Assembly: GCA_002269645.1 (NCBI GenBank)
Contig: NIVC01002208.1
Location: 17,892 to 81,891 of the forward strand
Origin: Macrostomum lignano
Taxonomy: Eukaryota
DNA length: 64,000 bases
Direction: 5' to 3'
Shown: one piece after another, positions 1-12,601 of the stretch
Layout of the letters: every line of letters starts with the position of its first letter
Position numbering within the stretch: the first letter of the stretch is position 1
Notes under the pieces: model-generated
Seen by the model: the letters and a program-made list of their open reading frames with translations, nothing else
What the model was told of the DNA's origin: nothing
The model's database searches: none
Position numbers and translations under genes: made by a program

Positions 1-2497
1 GTGTCATTGTCTGACCAAGTGTCATTGTCTGACCTAGTGTCATTGTCTGACCAAGTGTCATTGTCTGACCTAGTGTCATTATCTGACCTAGTGTCATTGT
101 CTGACCTAGTGTCATTGTCTGACCTAGTGTCTGTCCTAGTGTCATTGTCTGACCAGTGTCTGTAGTGTCTGTAGTGTCTGACCAAGTGTCATTGTCTGAC
201 CTAGTGTCATTGTCTGACCTAGTGTCATTGTCTGACCTAGTGTCTCCTAGTGTCATTGTCTGACCTAGTGTCTGTCCTAGTGTCATTGTCTGACCAGTGT
301 CTGTAGTGTCTGACCTAGTGTCATTGTCTGACCTAGTGTCATTGTCTGACCAAGTGTCATTGTCTGACCTAGTGTCATTGTCTGACCTAGTGTCATTGTC
401 TGACCTAGTGTCATTGTCTGACCTAGTGTCTCCTAGTGTCATTGTCTGACCTAGTGTCTGTCCTAGTGTCATTGTCTGACCAGTGTCTGTAGTGTCTGAC
501 CTAGTGTCATTGTCTGACCTAGTGTCATTGTCTGACCAAGTGTCATTGTCTGACCTAGTGTCATTGTCTGACCTAGTGTCATTGTCTGACCTAGTGTCAT
601 TGTCTGACCTAGTGTCTGTCCTAGTGTCATTGTCTGACCAGTGTCTGTAGTGTCTGTCCTAGTGTCTGTAGTGTCTGACCAAGTGTCATTGTCTGACCTA
701 GTGTCATTGTCTGACCTAGTGTCATTGTCTGACCTAGTGTCTCCTAGTGTCATTGTCTGACCTAGTGTCTGTCCTAGTGTCATTGTCTGACCAGTGTCTG
801 TAGTGTCTGACCTAGTGTCATTGTCTGACCTAGTGTCATTGTCTGACCAAGTGTCATTGTCTGACCTAGTGTCATTGTCTGACCTAGTGTCATTGTCTGA
901 CCTAGTGTCATTGTCTGACCTAGTGTCTCCTAGTGTCATTGTCTGACCTAGTGTCTGTCCTAGTGTCATTGTCTGACCAGTGTCTGTAGTGTCTGACCTA
1001 GTGTCATTGTCTGACCTAGTGTCATTGTCTGACCAAGTGTCATTGTCTGACCTAGTGTCATTGTCTGACCTAGTGTCATTGTCTGACCTAGTGTCTCCTA
1101 GTGTCATTGTCTGACCTAGTGTCTGTCCTAGTGTCATTGTCTGACCAGTGTCTGTAGTGTCTGACCTAGTGTCATTGTCTGACCTAGTGTCATTGTTGAC
1201 CAAGTGTCATTGTCTGACCTAGTGTCATTGTCTGACCTAGTGTCATTGTCTGACCTAGTGTCTCCTAGTGTCATTGTCTGACCTAGTGTCTGTCCTAGTG
1301 TCATTGTCTGACCAGTGTCTGTAGTGTCTGTCCTAGTGTCTGTAGTGTCTGACCTAGTGTCATTGTCTGACCTAGTGTCTGTAGTGTCTGACCTAGTGTC
1401 ATTGTCTGACCTAGTGTCTGTAGTGTCTGACCTAGTGTCATTGTCTGACCTAGTGTCTGTAGTGTCTGACCTAGTGTCATTGTCTGACCTAGTGTCTGTA
1501 GTGTCTGACCTAGTGTCATTGTCTGACCTAGTGTCTGTCCTAGTGTCATTGTCTGACCTAGTGTCTGTAGTGTCTGACCTAGTGTCATTGTCTGACCTAG
1601 TGTCTGACCTAGTGTCTGTAGTGTCTGACCTAGTGTCATTGTCTGACCTAGTGTCATTGTCTGTTCTAGTGTCTGTTCTAGTGTCATTGTCTGTTCTAGT
1701 GTCATTGTCTGACCTAGTGTCTGACCTAGTGTCTGTCCTAGTGTCATTGTCTGACCAGTGTCTGTAGTGTCAGTCCTAGTGTCTGTAGTGTCTGTCCTAG
1801 TGTCATTGTCTGACCAGTGTCTGTAGTGTCAGTCCTAGTGTCTGTAGTGTCTGTCCTAGTGTCATTGTCTGACCAGTGTCTGTAGTGTCAGTCCTAGTGT
1901 CTGTAGTGTCTGTCCTAGTGTCATTGTCTGACCAGTGTCTGTAGTGTCAGTCCTAGTGTCTGTAGTGTCTGTCCTAGTGTCATTGTCTGACCAGTGTCTG
2001 TAGTGTCAGTCCTAGTGTCTGTAGTGTCTGTCCTAGTGTCATTGTCTGACCTAGTGTCTGTAGTGTCTGACCTAGTGTCATTGTCTGACCTAATGTCATT
2101 GTCTGACCTAGTGTCTGTAGTGTCTGTCCTAGTGTCATTGTCTGACCTAGTGTCTGTAGTGTCAGTCCTAGTGTCTGTAGTGTCCGTCGTGTCAGTCCTA
2201 GTGTCTGTAGTGTCTGTCCTAGTGTCATTGTCTGACCTAGTGTCTGTAGTGTCTGTCCTAGTGTCATTGTCTGACCTAGTGTCTGTAGTGTCTGACCTAG
2301 TGTCATTGTCTGACCTAGTGTCTGTAGTGTCTGACCTAGTGTCATTGTCTGACCTAGTGTCTGTAGTGTCTGACCTAGTGTCATTGTCTGACCTAGTGTC
2401 TGTAGTGTCTGACCTAGTGTCATTGTCTGACCTAGTGTCTGTAGTGTCTGACCTAGTGTCATTGTCTGACCTAGTGTCTGTAGTGTCTGTCCTAGTG
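1..2497. repeat. Minisatellite, 18-bp core GTGTCATTGTCTGACCTA with 12/21-bp variants (e.g. GTGTCTGTAGTGTCTGACCTA); intronic, runs off the window start
   Basis: Tandem units visible directly; ends at CTACTAG immediately before the first ELYS-like exon. Confidence 0.97.
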
Positions 2498-2505
2498 CCT
2501 ACTAG

Positions 2506-5500
2506 TGTCTTCAATGAACTCCGCAACAACCAATCAAGGCCCTGCTAGAGGACGCTGACGACGCCGAGGAACTGACTGAGCAGTGGGACGGCTACCTGTC
2601 AGTCAGCGGCCAGCCAGCTTCCCTAGCCCGGTGGGCGAATCTTCTCTGGAGCCTCGATCACTCGCTGTGGCCTGAGGCCCTATCGCTGCTGGACGATCCC
2701 GACCTGTCCCGGCCGCTGTTCCCCGGTCTAGCCGACGGCGTAGTCTCGGCCGTGGCCGAGTTGGCTCCCAACGTGGCCGCCCGTTGTCTGATCCGATTCA
2801 GGCCGCACGCCCAGGTGTCGCCGGCTCTGGCCGTGCGAGTTTTGCTGGCCTCCGGCCGGCCAGACCTCGCCTTAGATTTGATTATCCGACCGATTGGCGA
2901 CTCGGCTGAACGGGCCGACCTTCTAGCCCGACTATTGAACGAATGCGCGGCTAGCGATAGATGGCGCGGCAAACTATTCGCTGGCATTCATTGGCGTCAG
3001 GAGGAGCTGCCCGGGCTGGCTGATTTTGCCGCCAAGTCGGGCTGCCAACAGGTTTGTACTTGAGCCACAAGATTATCGGTAGCGGCACATTGAGCCACAA
3101 GATTAGCGGCACATTGAGCCACAAGTTTAGCGACACATTGAGCGACAAGTTTAGCGACACATTGAGCAACAAGTTTAGCGGCACATTGAGCCACAAGTTT
3201 AGCGGCACATTGAGCAACAAGTTAAGCGGCACATTGAGCAACAAGTTTAGCGGCACATTGAGCAACAAGTTTAGCGGCACATTGAGCCACAAGTTTAGCG
3301 GCACATTGAGCAACAAGTTAAGCGGCACATTGAGCAACAAGATTAGCGGCACATTGAGCCACAAGTTTAGCGGCACATTGAGCCACAAGTTTAGCGACAC
3401 ATTGAGCGACAAGTTTAGCGACACATTGAGCAACAAGTTTAGCGGCACATTGAGCAACAAGTTTAGCGGCACATTGAGCCACAAGTTTAGCGGCACATTG
3501 AGCAACAAGTTAAGCGGCACATTGAGCAACAAGATTAGCGAGACATTAGGCGACTAGATAAGCGACAAGTTTAGCGACACATTGAGCGACAAGTTTAGCG
3601 ACACATTGAGCGACAAGTTTAGCGACACATTGAGCGACAAGTTTAGCGACACATTGAGCGATAAATCCATTCACAAACATTCGCGCCCACAGATCAAGGA
3701 GCAGCTGGTTGCACACCTGTTGCTAACCGGTCGCTACGCGGAAGCCGCCCAGCTCAGCGACCGCCTGCCGGTGTGCGACGCAGCTTCGGCGGCACGCAAA
3801 CGTTTAGTAGACATTGTGCTGGACTCGCTGCCGAGGGTGCAGCGGGACTTGCTCAGGTTGGAGATTGCTCAGCAGGCTGCCGGGACTTCATACATTGCGG
3901 CACTGCCAACCAGGAGGACAGGTAAGAATTTTAGCTAATACGAACGCGAATTGCGTAGAATTTCACAAGTTTGGGGTCCTAGCTAAGCGGCTAAGACTAC
4001 TGTAGTATTGTAGAACTTATGTAACACTAAGAGAATCGCTGGAGTCATTGCAAAACTAGCGACTCTGGGGGCGACTCTTGTGACTTTTTAACGACTCAAT
4101 GCGACAGAGTCACGAGCGCATCGCGTGAGTTGTAGAATCGTAAAAAAGTCGTCCAAAAGTAGTTGTTGGCGTTGAAATTTCTACTAACTCAAGTAGACTA
4201 AATAGAGTTGTTACAAATGCGAGATGCGATTCTGATTCGTAAAGTGACTTTTTGGGCACTGGACCGCGACATCTCGACTTTTTAGAGTCGTCTAGAGTCC
4301 ACCTCTATTATTTTACCTGTGTTAGCTGCAACGACTCTGGGGTGAATTTCCGTTTTCATCGGGCTAATATATAATATTTGATTGTGCCTGCCCCAATGTG
4401 CAGATGTGCAACTGACAGCTCAGCCGCAGCTATTTGCGCGGCGCATCTGAAGGCTGCGTGCGGCTGTTTGTATAAGGACTGGGGGGTCGCCACACACAGC
4501 CTCAATTACCCCAGCTAATGCTGGCGCCCATTTTACAGCTGGGTGAACTGAAGAAATGCACAGAGCTAAGTGTCTTGCTCAAGGACACAAACTGTTCTAA
4601 TGGGATCGGGAATCGAACCCCTGACCTTCAAGTCGTGAGTCCGACGCTCCAACCACTACCCTGTCTTACCTAATCGGGCAAAGAATTTTACAATGGCTTT
4701 AAAAATATAAAAATTAGCAAGTTAAGTATATGTATATATATATATATATATATATTAATAAAAGTATTCAAATCTTGAAATTTAGTCGATCCGAAGCCGC
4801 TAGCCGCCCAACCAAGCGGTTTTGCTAGCCTGGCTGGCGTTAATCCGTTCGGCACTTCAGTCACTACCGAGAAGCTGTTCGCCAATGTTGTTGCCACCCG
4901 CGAACAGGAGCGTCAGGCCTGGCTAAAGGCAGTGCAATCTGATAGGTAATTTTAATCGATTTTTGTTACCTTTTTCGTATAAATTTATGCAATAATATCC
5001 GTCACTATTCGCGCCATCCTACTTGCAGTAGATGATGCGCGTATTATGTCTATTGTGACATAAAAGATTGACGTTTTTTGAGTGCCGTGCTGACGTGTTG
5101 ATTGAATTATTTATCACAAACCGTAGCGTTTTAAAGTTTTTTAATTTTGAGTTATTGCCTGTTTGCTTTTAGACCGGCATTTTTCAGAGGCTTGCTGTCC
5201 AATGTGTTCATGACACCTACTGCTGCTGCGGCCCATGCCTCCACTAACAATGCCCGGCCGCCGCTATGCTCGCTTTCCACTATTAAGAAACGAGTTTGGT
5301 AAATATGCATTGTGAATTTGCACTTAAGTTACCTGCGTTTGCTTGCATGATTTTTTTTGTATAGAAATGTGCTGTGACCTCAAGACTTTGGTTGGGCCCC
5401 AAATTTGGAATTTATAGGGCTAGTTACGAATCGTATAAGGCTGTATTTAGGGCTAGCCGCAGGTGTTTCCCTAATTATCAATATCTCATATCCTCATCGG

Positions 5501-8500
5501 GTGTTTCCCTAATTATCAATATCTCATATCCTCAGGTGTTTCCCTAATTATCAGTATCTCATATCTTCATCGGGTGTTTCCCTAATTATCAATATCTCAT
5601 ATCCTCATCGGGTGTTTCCCTAATTATCAATATCTCATATCCTTATCGGGTGTTTCCCTAATTATCAATATCTCATATCCTCAGGTGTTTCCCTAATTAT
5701 CAATATCTCATATCCTCAGGTGTTTCCCTAATTATCAATATCTCATATCCTCGGGTGTTTCCCTAATTATCAATATCTCATATCCTCAGGTGTTTCCCTA
5801 ATTATCAATATCTCATATCCTCAGGTGTTTCCCTAATTATCAATATCTCATATCCTCAGGTGTTTCCCTAATTATCAATATCTCATATCCTCATCGGGTG
5901 TTTCCCTAATTATCAATATCTCATATCCTCATCGGGTGTTTCCCTAATTATCAATATCTCATATCCGCAGGTGTTTCCCTAATTATCAATGTCTCATATC
6001 CTCAGGTGTTTCCCTAATTATCAATATCTCATATCCGCAGGTGTTTCCCTAATTATCAATATCTCATATCCTCAGGTGTTTCCCTAATTATCAATATCTC
6101 ATATCCTCAGGTGTTTCCCTAATTATCAATATCTCATATCCTCAGGTGTTTCCCTAATTATCAATATCTCATATCCTCAGGTGTTTCCCTAATTATCAAT
6201 ATCTCATATCCTTATCGGGTGTTTCCCTAATTATCAATATCTCATATCCGCAGGTGTTTCCCTAATTATCAATATCTCATATCCTCAGGTGTTTCCCTAA
6301 TTATCAATGTCTCATATCCTCAGGTGTTTCCCTAATTATCAATATCTCATATCCGCAGGTGTTTCCCTAATTATCAATATCTCATATCCTCAGGTGTTTC
6401 CCTAATTATCAATATCTCATATCCTCAGGTGTTTCCCTAATTATCAATATCTCATATCCTCAGGTGTTTCCCTAATTATCAATATCTCATATCCTCAGGT
6501 GTTTCCCTAATTATCAATATCTCATATCCTTATCGGGTGTTTCCCTAATTATCAATATCTCATATCCTCATCGGGTGTTTCCCTAATTATCAATATCTCA
6601 TATCCTTATCGGGTGTTTCCCTAATTATCAATATCTCATATCCGCAGGTGTTTCCCTAATTATCAATATCTCATATCCTCAGGTGTTTCCCTAATTATCA
6701 ATGTCTCATATCCTCAGGTGTTTCCCTAATTATCAATATCTCATATCCGCAGGTGTTTCCCTAATTATCAATATCTCATATCCTCAGGTGTTTCCCTAAT
6801 TATCAATATCTCATATCCTCAGGTGTTTCCCTAATTATCAATATCTCATATCCTTATCGGGTGTTTCCCTAATTATCAATATCTCATATCCTCAGGTGTT
6901 TCCCTAATTATCAATATCTCATATCCTTATCGGGTGTTTCCCTAATTATCAATATCTCATATCCTCAGGTGTTTCCCTAATTATCAATATCTCATATCCT
7001 CAGGTGTTTCCCTAATTATCAATATCTCATATCCTCAGGTGTTTCCCTAATTATCAATATCTCATATCCTCAGGTGTTTCCCTAATTATCAATATCTCAT
7101 ATCCTCAGGTGTTTCCCTAATTATCAATATCTCATATCCTTATCGGGTGTTTCCCTAATTATCAATATCTCATATCCTCATCGGGTGTTTCCCTAATTAT
7201 CAATATCTCATATCCTTATCGGGTGTTTCCCTAATTATCAATATCTCATATCCGCAGGTGTTTCCCTAATTATCAATATCTCATATCCTCAGGTGTTTCC
7301 CTAATTATCAATGTCTCATATCCTCAGGTGTTTCCCTAATTATCAATATCTCATATCCGCAGGTGTTTCCCTAATTATCAATATCTCATATCCTCAGGTG
7401 TTTCCCTAATTATCAATATCTCATATCCTCAGGTGTTTCCCTAATTATCAATATCTCATATCCTCAGGTGTTTCCCTAATTATCAATATCTCATATCCTT
7501 ATCGGGTGTTTCCCTAATTATCAATATCTCATATCCTCAGGTGTTTCCCTAATTATCAATATCTCATATCCTTATCGGGTGTTTCCCTAATTATCAATAT
7601 CTCATATCCGCAGGTGTTTCCCTAATTATCAATATCTCATATCCTCAGGTGTTTCCCTAATTATCAATGTCTCATATCCTCAGGTGTTTCCCTAATTATC
7701 AATATCTCATATCCGCAGGTGTTTCCCTAATTATCAATATCTCATATCCGCAGGTGTTTCCCTAATTATCAATATCTCATCCTCAGGTGTTTCCCTAATT
7801 AGGTGAATCAGAACTGTCTCACCTTTTCTAAGAGTTCTTAGAAAATAATAAAACTTGGACATTTCCCACCTGCCTGCACCGAATCTGCAGTTCACTAACG
7901 CATGCGCACCCCGAACAATGCCCACCTGCCTGCAGTTCCCCAGTGCTCACTAACCCTCGATCGGCCAAGTTTCTCAGACGAGACCCGGCCGACAATCGAG
8001 TGTTCGCTGAGGACGGCGCCACTATGGCCTCGCCTAGAGTTCGCGACCAATGCAACCAGTTGCTAAGGACTCCTTGTCGCCTAGGCAACAGTCATCAAAA
8101 GCAGCAACAACAGCAGCTGCTGCAGCAGTCTCAGTCGCAACAACGCCATAATTTCAGTTCGGCCAATCGTCCGATAGTGTCCATACTGCGGAAAACTCGG
8201 ACAGCCGGACTAAGAGCCGAGGCCTCAGGCAATCAGCATCAGCGATCGCACAGCCCCGCTGGACGGCTGCGGTTTGCCGACGCCGTTGAGGACGCCAGTC
8301 CGGAGCAGCGGCAGCCTTCAGATTCTCAGCCAATGCAACGTCGTGCAACTCCCGGACCTCCGCCGCCAACTGCTGCGTCGCCTTCGCCGGCGCCAGGCCC
8401 GTCTCCCATACCGATTGGTTGGTGTTCATTGATTATGGCAAATTTTAACACGATGGATCATTATAGCTCAAGTCTTTTCCATCGGTGCAGATCTGGACGA

Positions 8501-11500
8501 GACCAGCTTCGACTCTCCGTCCTACAAGCGCGAGCAGTCCGCCTCCGGCCCCGCCGCCGCTGCAGGCAGTAAAAGCGTCGGGGAGGCCAAGCTGAGCAGT
8601 AGCCGGTCATTCGATGTTGAAATGGCCGAAGCGACTGTGGCGGTTGGCTCCGAATTGACTGCACTGTCGTCTGGTGAGCGTTTGTTTTCAGATGGAGTTA
8701 TTCTGCCAGATCACGTGTCAAGGTCTAGTTTTTAGTTTCTGGGGCGTTTCGTGAGCGCGGAATTTTGAGTTTTTATGAAATCGAAGTTTTTATGAAAAGC
8801 TTGTGATGAAGCTGTGCGCTTGTGAAGCTTTGAGCTTGTGATGAAGCTGTGCGCTTGTGAAGCTTTGAGCTTGTGATGAAGCTGTGCGCTTGTGAAGCTT
8901 TGAGCTTGTGATGAAGCTTTGAGCTTGTGCTGAAGCTTTAAGCTTGTGAAGTTTTGAGCTTGTGATGAAGCTTTGAGCTTGTGATGAAGCGTTGAGCTTG
9001 TGATGAAGCTTTGAGCTTGTGATGAAGCGTTGAGCTTGTGCAGTTTCGAGCTTGTGATGAAGCTGTGAGGTTGTGAAGTTTCGAGCTTGTGATAAAGCTT
9101 TGAGCTTGTGATAAAGATTTGAGCTTGTGAAGCTTCAAGCTTTTGACGTTTTGAGCTTGTGAAAGCGACCTATATTTTCCAATCCAGGTGAGATTGGAAA
9201 CATTTGGATTTTAAGTTAAGCAGAATTGGCAGCGGTTAGTACACGGCTGATTTTTAGGCTGATTTTTTGTTGCATCGCCTCCAAGGCAGCCACCACTTAT
9301 TATCTGATAAAAAACCAAAACATTTTCGTCTTTTTGAGACACTTCATAAAAATGAGCTGATCAGAACTTGTTCAGGTAAAGTCGTACATCTGTAGTTGCA
9401 CAATTTTTTATCTTCACCAGATGACAGCGGCACTTCGGCAACAAAGCCGCCTCGACCTCAAGGGTTGGCTGTGCCGCCGAAAATAAACTCTGTCGATGAC
9501 GTCAGCCAGTCTAACCGTGGAAGCGCTGCCGTGTCGCCGGCTTCGTCGTCTGATGTCTTTGTAACGCCAGAGGACACCTGTAAGCGATGGGGGTCTTTGT
9601 TATTGGTAGTGTGACTTTTATTAAGCTTTTTTTAATCTGTTCAGTTGGAGCGATAATTCCTCAGCACGAAGTCTAATGCGAATGCTCATAAAGCGAATGC
9701 TCATAGAGCGAATGCTCATAAAGCGAATGCTCATAAAGCGAATGCTCATAGAGCGAATGCTCATAAAGCGAATGCTCATAGAGCAAATGCTTTTAGAGCG
9801 AATGCTCATAGAGCGAGCGAATGCTCATAGAGCGAGTGCTCATAGAGCGAATTCTTATAGAGCGAATGCTCATAGAGCGAGCGAATGCTCATAGAGCGAA
9901 TGCTCATAGAGCGAATGCTCATAGAGCGAATGCTCATAGAGCGAATGCTCATAGAGCGAATTCTCATAGAGCAAATTCTCATAGAGCGAATTCTCATACA
10001 GCGAATGCTCATAGAGCGAATGCTCATAGAGCAAATTCTCATAGAGCTAATGCTCATAGAGCGAATGCTCATAGAGCAAATTCTCATAGAGCTAATGCTC
10101 ATAGAGCGAATGCTCATAGAGCAAATTCTCATAGAGCTAATGCTCATAGAGCGAATGCTCATAGAGCAAATTCTCATAGAGCTAATGCTCATAGAGCGAA
10201 TGCTCATAAAGCAAATTCTCATAGAGTGAATGCTTAAAGATAGAGTGCTCATAATGCGAATGCTCACGAAACTCAAAATAGATGCTTATTAAAATGTCAT
10301 CGGATAAATTATGATAGAAAAGCAAAGCTCTCATTCGTACTGTGTCCTACTTTGCGATAAACTAACTGAGCCTCGTTGAACTCTCCTGTCGCCATTCCAG
10401 CTCCGGTTGTCGAGCGGCCCACGCCGCCTCCGCCAGAATCAGTCGTATCAGTTCCCTTCTGTAGCCCAGCCGTCACCGCTGCCAGTCCCGTAGCTTCAAT
10501 GGCTCGCAGCGACCTGCTTGGCCGCCGCTCCGTTTCCCCCGGTGCCGCATCCGCCGCTGCGCCCAGAATCGAATCCGAGCAGCCTTCCGCTTCCTCGTTC
10601 ACCTTCGCTAAGCCTTTGCCGAATATTCGGCTAGCAGCTGTACAGTCAGCGGCGGTTGACACGGCGTCTGCTAGCAGCGCTGACTTCGTTTTCAGTCCGC
10701 CGACCAAGCTGGGTCGGGCTCGATTCATCCGATCGGCTCAGCGAATGTCGCCTCCGCTTCAGCAGCCGACTCAGCGGGTGTCGCCTCCACTTCAGCAGCC
10801 GACTCAGCGGGTGTCGCCTCCACTTCAGCAGCCGACTCAGCGGGTGTCGCCTCCACTTCAGCAGCCGACTCAGCGGGTGTCGCCTCCACTTCAGCAGCCG
10901 ACTCAGCAGGTGTCGCCTCCGCTTCAGCAGTCAACTCAGCAGGTGTCGCCTCCGCTTCAGCAGTCAACTCAGCAGGTGTCGCCTCCGCTTCAGCAGCCGA
11001 CTCAGCGAGTGTCCTCGCAAGATCAACAGTCGCCCCCGCTCTCACCTCAGTCCCAGCAGCAGCAGTCGCCGTCAGTAATATCAGTAGTAGTAGTTCGACG
11101 TCCCGCCGGCTCACCAATTGTCGTCCATTCGACGTCGCCGCAAAGCGTCAGCCCATCCACCGGCGCTAGTCGTCCAGCCGCGGACGCGGGCGATTTCGGT
11201 CAGAAGACGGTCGTGCAGGAGGTCAGCATGGATATTAGTTCCGCCGGCATGCAAGAGGAAGCGGTTGCTACGGCCGATGAGCGGCAATCGGAACAAACGG
11301 CGAATATCTCCGGGGATCGTGAAACGGAAAGCCACTTCGAAACTGACAGCTTCTTTTCTAATCAGCCGCCTGTGGCAGGGCCCTCTGCATCCAGGCAGGA
11401 GGACGTCGATGAGGAAGTGGGGGAGGAAGACGAAGAGGAAGAAACGATATCGACAAGACGTTCAGTAGGTCGGCGTGGTCGTCGACGACCTCGACGTTTG

Positions 11501-12601
11501 TCGGAGTCGACGCAAAGCAGTGCTGACGCAGAGAAGCCAGACGCAAAGGAAAAGGAGGCTGACAATGCTAGTAAGGAGGAGAATGCGGAAGATGTGAACA
11601 CGGAAGCGGATGCTGCCTCTACGGTGCCGAAGACGAGACGTAGCGCCGCCGCCACCGCTGATGGACGTCGTAAAACGGGACCGAAGCGCGCCGTCGGTCA
11701 GCGAAGTCGTCGGCGGCGAGTGTCAAAGCAGGACGAGACGGTGGCGGCCGCCGAGGAGGCTGCCGCTTCGTCATCCAGCGAGTCGGACAGTGACGACAAG
11801 GCGGAGGCAGAACAGCCAGAAGCCGAAGACGCTACCGAAGAGACGATGGCGGCGTCGCCGGAGGTGAAATACCAGCTCCGGCGACGGGTGTCCATGTCGG
11901 CGCCGCCTACCCCGACTTCGGCAGCGCCGTCACTGGCTCAGCCACCGCCGCAGCAAAAGCTACGTCGGAGCTCTCGCCGCGCCTCAGTCCAGTCCGTTGA
12001 CGAAGCTGACTTTGCGATGCCGCCTCCGCCACCTCCTCCGCAGTCGCAGTCCACGCAACAGTCGGCGTCCGCTTCGACAGCCGCGACAGTCGCCGATGAG
12101 GAGGATCTGTTGAACACCAGCGCCAGCTCCTTGGACTCGGAGATGTCCATCGCCAGCGCCCCGGCCGGCCCGTCTATCAGACGGTCGAACCGCCTGCGTG
12201 GTCGCCGGCAGCAGCCGCCGCGTGCAGCCGCTGTCGGCGGTCGGCGAGCCTCCGTCGCTTCAGCCGCCGCAGCCGACGATCTGCCAGCCCTGCCAGAGGA
12301 GGCCACCGCCGCGTCGCCAGACTCGGTCCGCAGCAGCTCCTCCGCTGTGGTCGGAAGTCGCTCCGCCGTCGCCGGTCGTCGACGTCGCGGCCGACCAGCA
12401 AGCCGAGCGGCGTCGTCCGAATTCGTCGGCGGCTCACCGGACAGCGCGGCCAGCGGCGCCAGCAGCTCTCTGAGCGTCCGCACGGACATCGTCGAGAGTC
12501 GTCAGTCGTCGCGTCGTCAACGACGTCGGGGAGGCGACGGCGACGAGTCGGCGAAACCTGCCGCAGGCAGGCGGATCGGTCTGCGCAGCCGGAAGAAATA
12601 G
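2506..12601 (+). CDS. AHCTF1: ELYS / MEL-28 nucleoporin, 3' portion (5' exons lie upstream of the window)
   Basis: Hand-built exons: 2506(or 2539)-3051, 3693-3921, 4786-4945, 5188-5298, 7936-8417, 8491-8673, 9421-9579, 10371-12601, with phase-compatible GT-AG junctions. LLWSLDHSLWPEALSLLDDP resembles ELYS-domain FWLIDH..GLDLL.HP; LPRVQRDL resembles human ILPRVHRKL; SILR and RLRF PP1-docking motifs; AT-hook-like RRRRGRP; long disordered tail ending RRIGLRSRKK. Confidence 0.85.
3059..3661. repeat. 24-bp minisatellite (TTAGCGGCACATTGAGCAACAAGT), about 25 units, ELYS intron
   Basis: Direct tandem units starting a few bases after the donor at 3052. Confidence 0.96.
4400..4660 (-). mobile_element. 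tRNA-derived SINE with CORE-like central domain (copy A)
   Basis: Minus strand has A box AGTGGTTGGAGC, B box GGTTCGATTCC, then TGTGTCCTTGAGCAAGACACTTA...CAGCTGTAAAATGGG; six more copies in the window. Confidence 0.88.
5458..7800. repeat. 35-bp minisatellite (GTGTTTCCCTAATTATCAATATCTCATATCCTCAG) with 38/39-bp variants, about 65 units, ELYS intron
   Basis: Direct tandem units; variant units recur in blocks. Confidence 0.97.
8798..9163. repeat. About 19-bp minisatellite (GAGCTTGTGATGAAGCTTT and variants), ELYS intron
   Basis: Tandem units; reverse-complement relative at 46475-46627. Confidence 0.93.
9677..10265. repeat. 15-bp minisatellite (GCGAATGCTCATAGA), ELYS intron
   Basis: Direct tandem units. 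Confidence 0.96.
10748..11011 (+). repeat. 33-bp in-frame coding repeat (SPPLQQPTQRV x8) in the ELYS terminal exon
   Basis: Eight 11-aa units in the 10376-12601 ORF. Confidence 0.93.

Noticed and set aside
469-2548. Long ORFs such as TLGQTMTLGQ, SDLVSLS and TRSDND repeats
   Set aside because: Translations of the 18-bp array on both strands; the region is intronic to ELYS.
4590-4660. tRNA-like sequences at the SINE heads (also about 21010, 22780, 41140, 56930, 60190, 61735)
   Set aside because: A and B boxes are present but acceptor and other stems are broken, and each is fused to the same SINE body.
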